DNA of 58,787 bases, taken from the IMG/VR virus record IMGVR_UViG_3300017767_000012, positions 1 to 58,787 of that record; one strand, given 5' to 3'. This DNA comes from a virus (lineage: Duplodnaviria > Caudoviricetes). A program made the position numbers and the translations under genes. Each line of letters begins with the position of its first letter. Position 1 is the first letter of the stretch. The notes under the pieces were generated by a model. It did not search any database, was not told the DNA's origin, and worked only from the letters and a program-made list of their open reading frames with translations. This document shows positions 1 to 9,750 of this stretch, one piece after another.

Positions 1-715
1 CAAAGTGTGCTCCTTTATATGGTTTGTTAGTTATTGACCAAACAGACCGCTTATTTTTTGTAGGGTAAGACTTTGCCAACCCACTATGGGGAACCAAGCC
101 AGTGCCAGGATTATGATACTTACCTTTAGTACGATCTCTTGTACCCCAATCTTTTGCTGGTTCTTTAATTGCTTCATTGTCATAAAAATACTTTTTGTTT
201 TTGCTTAAAAGGAAAATGTATTCATGTGATTTTGTACATCTATCCTTCATACTTTCTGGCATTGGATTAGGTTTGTGCCAAATGATGTCTTGTCTAAGAT
301 ACCATCCATCTGCTCTTAATGCAAATGCAAGCATCCAAGGAATGCCAATAAGATCTTTCTCTTTTAGTCCTTCTAGTTTATTTGCTCTTCTATTACAATT
401 CTCTGGTAAATCTTGATTAGTTCTACTAACAGTTTGTTTAGGTAATCCTCCAGTACCAGGTCTGTAGTTGTAGTATGAATCTCCTATGTTCAACCACAGT
501 GTACCGTCATCTGTTAAAATATTTCTTACCTCTCGAAATATCTCTACTAGTTTTTGAATGTACTCTTCTGGAGTTGATTCCAATCCTATCTGATCGCCCT
601 CGCCACCATAGTCTCTTAGACCATAGTAAGGAGGAGATGTAACACACATCCTAGGTTTCTCATCAAATTCTTTTAGGGTATCTAAACAATCCCCAAACAA
701 AACTAAGTCTCTCAT
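1..715 (-). CDS. DNA methyltransferase, N4-C/N6-A beta class (3' end runs off the window)
   Basis: Not in ORF track; manual translation MRDLVLFGDCLDTLKEFDEKPRMCVTSPPYYGLRDYG...LWLNIGDSY...DIIWHKPNPMPES...KSHEYIFLLSK...KRSVWSI...YKGAHF. Has the SPPY catalytic motif; ATG overlaps the g55 stop (ATGA). Confidence 0.9.
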   Translation of the reverse strand, partial: MRDLVLFGDCLDTLKEFDEKPRMCVTSPPYYGLRDYGGEGDQIGLESTPEEYIQKLVEIFREVRNILTDDGTLWLNIGDSYYNYRPGTGGLPKQTVSRTNQDLPENCNRRANKLEGLKEKDLIGIPWMLAFALRADGWYLRQDIIWHKPNPMPESMKDRCTKSHEYIFLLSKNKKYFYDNEAIKEPAKDWGTRDRTKGKYHNPGTGLVPHSGLAKSYPTKNKRSVWSITNKPYKGAHF

Positions 716-1188
716 CTATTGTTATTTCTATACTGGATGTTATCTTTAATAGTATTATAGTCTGAAGCACTACCTCCTGCACCCTCTTCTACAACCATGA
801 CCTGATCGTACCCAGTCCTTTCTATAATCTTAGTCTTTATCTCCAACTGCTTCTTCTCCTTCTGTATGCGTCTCAGGAAAGCGTAATAGATAATCTGTGT
901 AAAGTATGCAAAAGGATTCTTTGACTTCTCTGGATTGAAATTATGGATGTATTGGACACAATTCTCTATACCGTCACCAATCATGTCTTCTCTAAACATA
1001 TAGTTTACAAAGTTCGGTTTATACGACAAATGAGTTGCGATCTTTAAAAAACAATCACCCAAGTAATTACTAATCAATGGTGGATCTATACCTTTCTCTT
1101 TTGCAATAGCACACTTATTTCTATAGACTACCATTGCCTCTAGAAGTTCTTTATTATTGACATAATGATCCGATCTTTTGCGTGGCAT
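712..1188 (-). CDS. g55: T4-like late transcription sigma factor gp55
   Basis: HYVNNKELL, YMFREDMIGDGIENC, NPFAYFTQIIYYAFLRRIQKEK motifs. Confidence 0.95.
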   Translation of the reverse strand: MPRKRSDHYVNNKELLEAMVVYRNKCAIAKEKGIDPPLISNYLGDCFLKIATHLSYKPNFVNYMFREDMIGDGIENCVQYIHNFNPEKSKNPFAYFTQIIYYAFLRRIQKEKKQLEIKTKIIERTGYDQVMVVEEGAGGSASDYNTIKDNIQYRNNNR

Positions 1189-1209
1189 AGTTCTTATCTG
1201 TATAAGGAT

Positions 1210-1218
1210 ATTATAGCA
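1210..1218 (-). promoter_or_regulatory. Extended -10 promoter (TGnTATAAT) for g55
   Basis: Minus strand TGCTATAAT about 20 nt upstream of the g55 ATG. Confidence 0.6.
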
Positions 1219-1222
1219 CAGC

Positions 1223-1251
1223 TTGACAAAAGTTCAAATACCGTTTACAAT
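1223..1251 (+). promoter_or_regulatory. sigma70-type promoter antisense to the late operon
   Basis: TTGACA-17 nt-TACAAT on the plus strand. Confidence 0.55.
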
Positions 1252-1280
1252 AACTTTGTCAAAGTTCAGAAGGATTGTAT

Positions 1281-1736
1281 TTAAGTATCTGTTGCTATTC
1301 CTACTGACTTATTTTCTTGAGCATCTAGAGCAAATATATTTTCTAATTTTTTCTTAGCATCTTTAACAGTTCCTTTGTACCCCATTTTTTCCGAGGGACG
1401 AATTTTTTTACCATTTTTAAATATAGGACCATACTTCTGTTCTAATTTCTCTGCCAAATAGTTTAAATAGTATTCGATCATATCGTGATCTTCATCTATC
1501 TCAGTCATTGTAACAACTTTGTTGAAATTTATAAAATAAAAATCATCATTAGGTATGTGTAACCAAGGTTCTACTCTTACAAACGAACCTCTTGCTCCGT
1601 GAATAACTTGTATTACAACTGGGTCTTGAAGGATTAATGTCTCAGGAGTTTCAGGATCAGTACTTACTATGGCAAATACTTCTTCCCCAGTAACTAGTTT
1701 AATAGTGCTATAAAAGTCTTCTTCGGTTTCTATCAT
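1281..1736 (-). CDS. Conserved cyanophage protein between uvsW and g55 (possible Sm-like fold)
   Basis: 151 aa; IKLVTGEE...LILQDPV...EPW pattern; syntenic position. Confidence 0.7.
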   Translation of the reverse strand: MIETEEDFYSTIKLVTGEEVFAIVSTDPETPETLILQDPVVIQVIHGARGSFVRVEPWLHIPNDDFYFINFNKVVTMTEIDEDHDMIEYYLNYLAEKLEQKYGPIFKNGKKIRPSEKMGYKGTVKDAKKKLENIFALDAQENKSVGIATDT

Positions 1737-3202
1737 GACTTACTCCTAAAGTTAATAGTTATCATATCATAGTTAAAATTTTCTTCTTTATAGATTTTGA
1801 TTCTTTCGATGAGATGATTCAATGTGTAATTTCTATTTGATAAATGAGTGCAATCATCTGCTATATCATATAGAGTTGCACTAAATTTGTTTTGTCCTTT
1901 ACGGAGAACCCTACCAATTGATTGTAGGTTTCTTATCCTTGATTTTGACGGTGAGGCAAAGATAACATTGTGAAGGTTCCTAATGTTAATTCCAGTTGAG
2001 AAGGTGCCGTAAGAGGCAACGATGACTGCATTGCTTTCCGTCTCTGCAATTTCACGAACTTCTTCCCTTTCTTCAACATCTACACCTCCGTGTATGAAAA
2101 AAACTTTTTGGTTTTCTTCCTTGTCATTATTTATCTTATCAAAAAGTATTTGTCCGTGGTTTTCTACCCTAGCAAAAAGAATTAAAGTGTTTCCTTTTAG
2201 ATCTAATGCTAGATTTTTAATGAAATTATTTCTACGATCATTACTAATCAAATAATCTATCTCATCTTGATAGTTAGAAAATTTTATCTCATCATGTTTT
2301 AACAAAAGAATTTTTGCTTGTAATCTTGCAAGATAACCTTTGTCCATTAACTCATCAGTACGGACTACCTTGTAAGAAGGACCAAACAAGCCTTCAAGTA
2401 CCCACTTATGTGTTTGTGTACCACTAAGTGTTCCAGTGAAACCAAATCTATATTTCGCTAAATGAAGTTTTGTCATGATTTGTGTCAATGATTTTGCCTT
2501 GAACAAATGTGCTTCATCTCCTATCACAACTTCAAACCTTTCAAAGTACTTTTTCTCTAGTTTATAGATAGATTGCCAGGTAGTAATAACAACTGGAGCA
2601 CTAGGTTCTTTATCTCTTCCTGCGTATATCCTTTGACAATATGAATCAGCATCCCATCCATATTCCGAGAAGTCTTTATGCATCTGCTCTACCAGAGATG
2701 TCGTTGGAACAACTATCAGAATATTTTTCTTTCGTTCTGCAAAGTAACGAACTACTGAGTAAATCATCAAAGACTTGCCAGAGGCAGTGGGCGATATCAC
2801 TAACCTTCTATTGTGTCTTAGAGCATCGTATACTCCCTCCACTTGGTATTTCCTTGGGCGATGACTTGATATCCGAGTAATATATTCTTTAACACCTTCC
2901 ATTGATATTAGTTCATTCTCTTCATAAGGAGTACCAAAAAATTTACTATCAATAAATTCATATTCATATCCATGTCTATCACAAAACGAAACTAATTTAT
3001 CTAACAACCCAACATACAACTCTCTAGTATGAGTTGAGAACAAACGAATTTTACCATCCCAATATCGTTTCCGATACTGCTTCATGTATTGTGCTCCTTC
3101 TATGTCAAATGAAAAATGATCTGACAGTTCTTGATACACATGTGGTTCAGACTGGATCTTTAGGAAGACCTCATTCTTTTTGGAGATAACAAGTTTGCTC
3201 AT
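1733..3202 (-). CDS. uvsW: UvsW RNA-DNA/DNA-DNA helicase
   Basis: SF2 motifs PTASGKS, DEAH, FTGT, QSIGRVLR; start moved to MSKLV just after the uvsY stop. Confidence 0.95.
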   Translation of the reverse strand: MSKLVISKKNEVFLKIQSEPHVYQELSDHFSFDIEGAQYMKQYRKRYWDGKIRLFSTHTRELYVGLLDKLVSFCDRHGYEYEFIDSKFFGTPYEENELISMEGVKEYITRISSHRPRKYQVEGVYDALRHNRRLVISPTASGKSLMIYSVVRYFAERKKNILIVVPTTSLVEQMHKDFSEYGWDADSYCQRIYAGRDKEPSAPVVITTWQSIYKLEKKYFERFEVVIGDEAHLFKAKSLTQIMTKLHLAKYRFGFTGTLSGTQTHKWVLEGLFGPSYKVVRTDELMDKGYLARLQAKILLLKHDEIKFSNYQDEIDYLISNDRRNNFIKNLALDLKGNTLILFARVENHGQILFDKINNDKEENQKVFFIHGGVDVEEREEVREIAETESNAVIVASYGTFSTGINIRNLHNVIFASPSKSRIRNLQSIGRVLRKGQNKFSATLYDIADDCTHLSNRNYTLNHLIERIKIYKEENFNYDMITINFRSKS

Positions 3203-3204
3203 GA

Positions 3205-3630
3205 TTATCCAGATCGGAAGTTGTGCCAATCAATAATATTTTTTAACTGATAACTTCTGTTCCCTACCTGTTTAATTATATCCTCAAGATAGGTAAGCAT
3301 TACATCATAGTATCTAATTTTTAAAGTAGACTGCTGTACCTTCTCATCAGCATCCATATATCTTTTTATTGCATCTTTCTCTCTAACTTTATACGGAAAT
3401 GGTTCGGCCTGATACACTTCAGGGTCGGATTTTCCTGAGTAATAATTCCATCTTTCTAAACGAACCTTATTATCTACCGTTAAAGATCTTTCTCTAAGTA
3501 ATTTTATATTATTATACAGGTCAAAATACTTTGCATGAAGAGATGGTATCTTTGCTGCCTCGTCATGTAAATTGTCTTGATCAATCTGTGCGTCTTTCGA
3601 CCACATACTTTGTATAGTTTCAAGATTCAT
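3205..3630 (-). CDS. uvsY: UvsY recombination mediator
   Basis: IPSLHAKY, YYSGK, KNIIDW motifs; adjacent to uvsW. Confidence 0.9.
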   Translation of the reverse strand: MNLETIQSMWSKDAQIDQDNLHDEAAKIPSLHAKYFDLYNNIKLLRERSLTVDNKVRLERWNYYSGKSDPEVYQAEPFPYKVREKDAIKRYMDADEKVQQSTLKIRYYDVMLTYLEDIIKQVGNRSYQLKNIIDWHNFRSG

Positions 3631-3633
3631 AAA

Positions 3634-4170
3634 TTAATTGTCAACTTCAATCGTATAGAACAGATACTTAAATGTTGCAGTAGCTGTAAAGTATGTATAA
3701 TCGTTTTCGGTGGCAGTAAATTCTAGTGATGACAATGATATTGGGAATAAATCTCTAAATTTTACACGAGTGCTTACATTAAAATTGCTATTCAAAATTG
3801 ATAATGTACCATCACTAAATTGCTGTTTAACATCTCTAGATCCATCTGGCATCGTAATCAACTCTTGAAACTCATCAATACTTTCTGGATAACCTAAACC
3901 ATAGATCCAGTTATGTACTTCCAAATAATTTTCTAAGTTTTCATCTACAATAAAATCTAAAGTTAAATCTTCAAATTGTATGTTGTCGCCAGGCAACTCA
4001 ATCTTTTTTAGATAGTTTCCGATCTCAGGTGTAGGTAAAGTTATACCAGGTATCTTCGCACTATTAGAAAAGAAATCAACCTTAGGGGTTTTAACTATAT
4101 TAAATTTAAAACCAACAGGAGACAAATAGTTCTTATTTGTAACTTGTTTGGCAAAAAACGAATTGGACAT
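3634..4170 (-). CDS. g3: Tail completion / tail tube terminator gp3
   Basis: NYLSPVGFKF, IPGITL, FIVDENLENYLEVHNW; lies downstream of g23. Confidence 0.85.
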   Translation of the reverse strand: MSNSFFAKQVTNKNYLSPVGFKFNIVKTPKVDFFSNSAKIPGITLPTPEIGNYLKKIELPGDNIQFEDLTLDFIVDENLENYLEVHNWIYGLGYPESIDEFQELITMPDGSRDVKQQFSDGTLSILNSNFNVSTRVKFRDLFPISLSSLEFTATENDYTYFTATATFKYLFYTIEVDN

Positions 4171-4196
4171 TAGTTCAGACAGGTCTCCATATTACA

Positions 4197-4203
4197 TATT
4201 TAG
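4197..4203 (-). promoter_or_regulatory. T4-type late promoter core for g3
   Basis: CTAAATA on the minus strand just after the g23 terminator. Confidence 0.6.
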
Positions 4204-4205
4204 AT

Positions 4206-4234
4206 AAAAAAAGAGACCCCCGAAGGAGTCTCTT
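4206..4234 (-). terminator. Rho-independent terminator after g23 with a C(UUCG)G tetraloop
   Basis: AAGAGACTCC-TTCG-GGGGTCTCTT followed by a T run. Confidence 0.9.
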
Positions 4235-4256
4235 GAGAAATATATAAGCGTCTCGC

Positions 4257-5702
4257 TTACATAAGGTTCTTAACAACTGTTCTCTGATAGTAACGGTTGC
4301 TGTTAGATGTGATTCTACCGAGACCTTGAGCAGTTCCTTCAGCAAATGGGTTTGAAACAAGACCGTATCTTGTCTTAAATCCAATTTTTGGTTGGAAGGT
4401 TCCGTCGTTCACGGCTCTGACCATCTGTAGAGGTACATATGGGCAGTAGAATAATCCAGCGTCATAAGGAGATGTTCCTTTATAACCAACAACATAGTAC
4501 TGGTTCTGAGCACTGTTTGCTGAGAATGGATCGATATAAACTCTGTACTTACCGTTGATAGTACCAGCAAATGTATTACCAGTATCGTCAACCTGTAGGT
4601 TAGCGTTAAGAGCAGGAGTGTAATCAAGTACACCAGCCATGGTTAGAGCAGATGCTACATCAGCACTTGTCATGATGATGTTGCCCTTTCCACGACGAGT
4701 CCTTTGTGCGATTCTGTTAGCGTCTCTTTCGATATTAAACAGAAGACCCTTGAACTTCTCAACTGACCATCTACCATTGGAGTCAACATCTAGATCAAAG
4801 AATCCAGCGTTGGCAACATTGACTTGTGATCCTGCTTCAGCAGTCTTATAGATTGTTCTAATAACTTCTCTGTTAATCTCTGCAAGAATTTCAGAAGAAA
4901 GTATGTTTGCTAACTCAGCCTCAGCGTTCAATCCGTGGATTGCACGAAGGTCTTGAGCAAGTTCCATGCTGTACTCTGCCTTTAGTGCTCTAGACTTAGC
5001 AGTAACAGTTACCTTCTCGATGGAGAATGCCATCTCGTTGAAGTCACCGTTAGCACCGTCACCTAATGCTTCAGAGTCTCCAGTCGCCATACCTTGACCG
5101 ATTGAATACTGTGACTGAACTGCATCAGATGCTGTTCCTTCAAGTATCGCAGGGTTAGTTCCACGCTGTGTTGCAGTTGAACCGAAACCAACAGTACCGT
5201 CGTCGTCAGTAGCATCAGTGTAATTACCCTGAGTTGACTGACCGATGTTAGTTCCTGCTTTGTTTGCAGAGAATGCAGAATCTGGTTCGTTGAAGAATGA
5301 TTCTGTTCCAGACTGATCTGTGTATCTGGATCTCATTGCAAAGATTAGTCCAGTAGGACCGTTCATTGGTTGAACACCTGCTAACTCGTATGCAACGAGG
5401 TTAGGCATTGATCTTCTAATCAATGAAATTAGTACTGGGTCGAAACCTGCAGTAGGACCTGCGTCTGCTGATCCTGCACCGAATGCACCAGAGCCACCTA
5501 CAGCGTTACCACTGTTTGTAGGAGCTGCTTCAGTAAGCATTCCGTTGCCAGTTTCAAATGCTTGTTGTTCTTTTAGAAAACGCTCTTGGTTTTCAAGGAG
5601 AACCGCCGTTGTTGATCGTCTGTGGGAATCCTTAATAGGATCGACCCCATCAGCATCGAGAAGTGGACCCCACTTCTCCATTAATTGTTCTGCGTTGTAC
5701 AT
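4257..5702 (-). CDS. g23: Major capsid protein gp23
   Basis: GVQPMNGPTGLIFAMRS, KSRALKAEYSMELAQDL, YCPYVPLQM, FQPKIGFKTRYG. Confidence 0.99.
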   Translation of the reverse strand: MYNAEQLMEKWGPLLDADGVDPIKDSHRRSTTAVLLENQERFLKEQQAFETGNGMLTEAAPTNSGNAVGGSGAFGAGSADAGPTAGFDPVLISLIRRSMPNLVAYELAGVQPMNGPTGLIFAMRSRYTDQSGTESFFNEPDSAFSANKAGTNIGQSTQGNYTDATDDDGTVGFGSTATQRGTNPAILEGTASDAVQSQYSIGQGMATGDSEALGDGANGDFNEMAFSIEKVTVTAKSRALKAEYSMELAQDLRAIHGLNAEAELANILSSEILAEINREVIRTIYKTAEAGSQVNVANAGFFDLDVDSNGRWSVEKFKGLLFNIERDANRIAQRTRRGKGNIIMTSADVASALTMAGVLDYTPALNANLQVDDTGNTFAGTINGKYRVYIDPFSANSAQNQYYVVGYKGTSPYDAGLFYCPYVPLQMVRAVNDGTFQPKIGFKTRYGLVSNPFAEGTAQGLGRITSNSNRYYQRTVVKNLM

Positions 5703-5733
5703 TGTACGGGGGGATAGTGTTTAAATTTGCGAG

Positions 5734-6804
5734 TTATTTTGCCATTCCAAGGGCTTTAAGATAGTTGCTCATAGAATCAGAAGTTGCTGATCCAGCACCC
5801 TCGGCAGTCACACCCTCTGAGAGAGTTTCGACTTTATTGGTAGAACTTTTGGTTTCACTAGGGAAATAAGATTCTCTAAGTGTAACTAGTTTCTCACGGT
5901 ATGCGTTTTCACTCTCAAACTCAACACCTTCAGATAACGATCCTAACTTTTCTTTTTGTGTTTCAGCAAGTCCTTCGGCTACTTCACGGAAAATTCCATC
6001 TGCTGTAGATTCACCTAGGCGTTTGTTGAGAGAAATGTTTGTTTCGATCTGTTCGTTAAGTCTGGATTCCATTTCATCTAATTTGGAGACCATACTCTCC
6101 AATACATCATATTTGTCGTCAGGGATTGATACATAATGATCTTCAAAAAGACTCTTCATTCCATTAAGGAATGATTCTGTCATTTCAGTTTTGAGTCCAT
6201 GCTCTACTTCAATCTTGTTCTCAGACATCCACTCAGAGGAGACATACTCCAAATAAGCATCTGTTCTTTCGATCAAGTCTGTCTTAGTAGACTCAAGTTG
6301 TTCAGACATTGTTTTTTCAAACTCAGCTGTCATCTCTTCTTTAACAGCATTAACCTTTTCAGTTACTGCTGCTTCAAAAATTGTTTTAGCTTTTGCTTGA
6401 AACTCTTCTGATAGCTCTTCGCCACCAAATAGAGCAGCAAGATCTTCTTCGACATCCACAGTTGGAGTAGTCTCCTCTTCGGATGGTGCTTCAGCAACTA
6501 CTTCTGCTGAATCTTCTTTAGCTGGCTCGTCACCTTGCTTAAGAACTTCTGTGCCGATAGACTGCATTGAGTCTGCTTTACCAGCACCTTTGTTTACGAT
6601 ATCAGATACCGTTTTGATTTTGGGTTCTTTAAGCTTGGCTGAGTCGTTATCTGACTTATAATTCTCAGGAGTAGGTCCTCCTAGATCTTCATAAGATGCA
6701 GATGCTCCTGGAGAAGTTGAGTCATCAACTTTCTTCATACCGTCGCCAGCCTTCGCACCCCTTGTTACAGGATTTTCCATTTCTTGTAATTCCTTAGCGG
6801 ACAT
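5734..6804 (-). CDS. g22: Prohead core scaffold gp22
   Basis: Acidic coiled coil; LSEEFQAKAKTIFEAAV, YLEYVSSEWM; between g21 and g23. Confidence 0.93.
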   Translation of the reverse strand: MSAKELQEMENPVTRGAKAGDGMKKVDDSTSPGASASYEDLGGPTPENYKSDNDSAKLKEPKIKTVSDIVNKGAGKADSMQSIGTEVLKQGDEPAKEDSAEVVAEAPSEEETTPTVDVEEDLAALFGGEELSEEFQAKAKTIFEAAVTEKVNAVKEEMTAEFEKTMSEQLESTKTDLIERTDAYLEYVSSEWMSENKIEVEHGLKTEMTESFLNGMKSLFEDHYVSIPDDKYDVLESMVSKLDEMESRLNEQIETNISLNKRLGESTADGIFREVAEGLAETQKEKLGSLSEGVEFESENAYREKLVTLRESYFPSETKSSTNKVETLSEGVTAEGAGSATSDSMSNYLKALGMAK

Positions 6805-6843
6805 TTGTGAACTCTCCGATTAGATCTTGATATAATCTATGTT

Positions 6844-6851
6844 TATTTATA
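6844..6851 (-). promoter_or_regulatory. Late promoter TATAAATA (g22)
   Basis: Exact T4 late consensus in the intergenic gap. Confidence 0.8.
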
Positions 6852-6856
6852 AAATG

Positions 6857-7507
6857 TTAGAGATTTGATAGGAAGTTTTGGAACAATCCTAGCTTATTCT
6901 CCTCCAGTTGTTTTTGGTCAACCATAGTATTGACCGCTTTATATGTCTTAGCTGCAAACCTTTCTCTTACTATACCACCGTCCCATACCCAATCCTTTCC
7001 TTCCATAATACCTTGTACAAAGGCATCAGGTGCGGATGGATCAGCTACGATATCAGCAGCAGTTGCAAGATGGAAATCATCAGAGACAATTTTTACACCT
7101 TCGTTATTAGTAGTAAGTGTACCAAGACCACGAGATGAAACTCCTAGTTTGACACCCTCATCGATTAGATTCTTAGCAATCCTTCCCATTGGTGTATCAA
7201 GGATTTTCGCCTTGCCAATAAAGTTGGAACCGTTTTCTCTAAGAGAAGTTATTTTATGTGAGACCCTATCTAGATTTACTGTTGGACCTTCGGGATGACC
7301 CAATTCGCCAAGAGCACGACCACCAGCTATGAAACTTTCATTATATCTACCGACTTCTCTGCGAAGAGTGTCCATTGGATACATGCGTCCATTACGATTC
7401 TTCAAGTCACCTTGAAGGAAGATACCCTCAATAAACATAGATTTTTTACCGCCTCGCTCTTCGACGATAATTTCTACATTTTCTAGTTCTTCTGTAATGA
7501 GTTTCAT
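6857..7507 (-). CDS. g21: Prohead protease gp21
   Basis: NRNGRMYP, ALGELGHP, GVSSRGLG, DIVADPSAPDA. Confidence 0.97.
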   Translation of the reverse strand: MKLITEELENVEIIVEERGGKKSMFIEGIFLQGDLKNRNGRMYPMDTLRREVGRYNESFIAGGRALGELGHPEGPTVNLDRVSHKITSLRENGSNFIGKAKILDTPMGRIAKNLIDEGVKLGVSSRGLGTLTTNNEGVKIVSDDFHLATAADIVADPSAPDAFVQGIMEGKDWVWDGGIVRERFAAKTYKAVNTMVDQKQLEENKLGLFQNFLSNL

Positions 7508-7511
7508 GGGG

Positions 7512-7787
7512 TTAATTAGTAAATCCTACTTTTACACCTTTAACATCAGCACCACTAGCAAATACTGTGAATGCTGGTTTCTTCTCAAGAATTGCGTCAG
7601 TACCTGCTTTGAGTGTGAATGATCCCACTCCAGTACCGCCTCTAGTTTCTTGAACGGTGATTACTCTGTCTGCAGCATTAGCATTGTAAAGACGAACACA
7701 AGTTGCTTGGGTAAAGCTTACCCCTGTACCAGCTGTAACTGGTACACTTATCTCGTCTGAACCGAGTAGTAATAGTCTATTCGACAT
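7512..7787 (-). CDS. Hypothetical virion protein (91 aa, beta-rich)
   Basis: ORF within the head operon between g20 and g21. Confidence 0.65.
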   Translation of the reverse strand: MSNRLLLLGSDEISVPVTAGTGVSFTQATCVRLYNANAADRVITVQETRGGTGVGSFTLKAGTDAILEKKPAFTVFASGADVKGVKVGFTN

Positions 7788-7977
7788 TAGGTTCCTCTTC
7801 TGCTGTTGCTACTTCAGGGGACTCTCCACTTTCAACGCTTCCGAAAAGACTAGCTGCTGCAGCAGGACGAGTATCGTCTACTTTACCAGCGGCTTTTGCA
7901 TATAAAAGGTCTTTGATCTGGTCGCTAATATCTGCTGCGGAATTACCCGAAGCTATCATATTGACTAGTTCTTCCAT
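7777..7977 (-). CDS. Small acidic prohead-core-like protein (g67/g68 position)
   Basis: 66 aa; preceded by late promoter AATAAATA at 8002-8009; synteny. Confidence 0.6.
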   Translation of the reverse strand: MEELVNMIASGNSAADISDQIKDLLYAKAAGKVDDTRPAAAASLFGSVESGESPEVATAEEEPNVE

Positions 7978-8014
7978 AATAAAACATTAGAGTTATAAAC
8001 TTATTTATTAGTGT

Positions 8015-9718
8015 TTATATTTCCCCTTCTCCAGATTTAGGTAATTTTGCAGGTGTTTGTATTCCAGGTGGTTGCTCTGGTGTACCTGGCATGCCAGGAC
8101 CGAAACCTTGTTCCGCACCACCTTCAGCACCAGGTTCCATACCCATAGCAGCTTGTTGTTCAAATTCCATCATCTGCTGATTGGGATCAGGTAAGACACC
8201 CTTAGCAATTTCTTCTTCTATTTGCTCATCTATTTCTACGATCTCTTGATCTCTTTGACGGAGTACTTGTCTTCTAATATACTCTGTAGAATAGTAACGA
8301 CCAGCATAAGGTTCGATCATTCCTAGAAGTCCTAAACGACCTTCTAATAATTCCTTATCTTTAAGTTCCGCAAAATGATTGTCATATAAGAAGTCAAACT
8401 GTATATGCTCATTCATTACTTCCCAATCTGAAGGAGTAACAATATTTTTTAGAAGTAGTTGAGTTCTTAGTAGATCTAATAATAAGTTACTAAAACGCTT
8501 ACGCAATCTACCAACAAACTTACTAAACTTAAGTTCGTCTCTCGCTATCTCTGATGATCTACCTAGATTAAATCCATCTCCAGAACCAGCAATTCTAGAC
8601 TCAGGAATTGCTAATGATCTATACAGTTTCTTCTGGAAGTATTCTATGTCTGCTAGTTCACCTAAGTTTTGTCCACCAGGTAATGTAGTAATCTCAGTTC
8701 CTCTACCACCTTCACGACGAGGCAACCAGAAATCTTCTAGCATACTCATCATTCTCTTGTCGTCTCTTATCTCACCACTATTAGAATCATATACTAACTT
8801 GTTACGATAACGCATCATAACTTCACGGAGATATTGTTCCGCTTTTACTTTAGGTAGATTACCAACATCAATATAAAATATTCTTCTTTCTGGAGCACGA
8901 CTCAATCTATAGATTACAAGAGAGTCTTCAATCATTCTAAGTTGATTGAGTGCTTTGATTGCCTTATGAAGATAGGATAATCCAGTTCCTTTATTTCTAT
9001 CTACTAATCCAGCAGTACAATATGCTACGGAATCCTTTGCAAGTTTAACTCCTTTCAATGCAGATCCAGCACCTGCTACACCAATGTTAGTTGGATACTG
9101 TGCTTTTGGTGTGTATAGAAAATACTCTTCTATTTCTGGAAAGTATACTTTGTCATTCTCATGCACATTCTGCATGTTAAACAAGTCACTCTTATCATTC
9201 TTTTTCTTTTCCTTACGAATATAACGCATCTTAAGAGGATCGATATATCGTAATTCCTGTAAACCTTCAGTAGGATTTTTTATGTCTATTACTTTATTGT
9301 AATATAATCTTCCATCAACATACCAGTTTCTAAAAATTTCATGACTCTTTGTGTCGAAGTCAAGAAGATCTTTAATATGTTTAAATTCTTTGCGGATAAT
9401 ATTTTTAATGCCATCGCTTGCATTTAGATTCTCTAGATCTATTTCTACAGGAGAATCATTTGTATCAGATACTATTGCTTCGTTCACAACATCTTCTACC
9501 GCATTATCCACCTCTGGGTGTAATGCCATCTCACGATACTTTCTTATAAGTTCATGCTCTGTCTTATAGATTCCCTCAAGATCTACAACCTGACTAGAAA
9601 AACCACCTTGAACAAAATAATCAACCCCAGCCTCACCTGTCGGTGGAATGGGGCTGACTATACCCTTGGCGTTCTGTTCGTCTTTATCCTCAATTGAGAA
9701 ACCAAATAGTTTCGCCAT
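8015..9718 (-). CDS. g20: Portal protein gp20
   Basis: IYRLSRAPERRIFYIDVGNLPK, MLEDFWLPRREGGRGTEITTLPGG; late promoter GATAAATA at 9745-9752. Confidence 0.99.
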   Translation of the reverse strand: MAKLFGFSIEDKDEQNAKGIVSPIPPTGEAGVDYFVQGGFSSQVVDLEGIYKTEHELIRKYREMALHPEVDNAVEDVVNEAIVSDTNDSPVEIDLENLNASDGIKNIIRKEFKHIKDLLDFDTKSHEIFRNWYVDGRLYYNKVIDIKNPTEGLQELRYIDPLKMRYIRKEKKKNDKSDLFNMQNVHENDKVYFPEIEEYFLYTPKAQYPTNIGVAGAGSALKGVKLAKDSVAYCTAGLVDRNKGTGLSYLHKAIKALNQLRMIEDSLVIYRLSRAPERRIFYIDVGNLPKVKAEQYLREVMMRYRNKLVYDSNSGEIRDDKRMMSMLEDFWLPRREGGRGTEITTLPGGQNLGELADIEYFQKKLYRSLAIPESRIAGSGDGFNLGRSSEIARDELKFSKFVGRLRKRFSNLLLDLLRTQLLLKNIVTPSDWEVMNEHIQFDFLYDNHFAELKDKELLEGRLGLLGMIEPYAGRYYSTEYIRRQVLRQRDQEIVEIDEQIEEEIAKGVLPDPNQQMMEFEQQAAMGMEPGAEGGAEQGFGPGMPGTPEQPPGIQTPAKLPKSGEGEI

Positions 9719-9750
9719 TACTAGTTTTTACTAACTTATATTCTTATTTA

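Noticed and set aside
195-416. Plus-strand 73-aa ORF
   Set aside because: Antisense shadow of the methyltransferase, which has clear catalytic motifs on the minus strand.
5697-5707. GTAC-AAT-GTAC palindrome at the g23 start as a LexA box
   Set aside because: Spacing is 3 nt rather than the 4 nt of the cyanobacterial box, and it is partly dictated by Met-Tyr codons.
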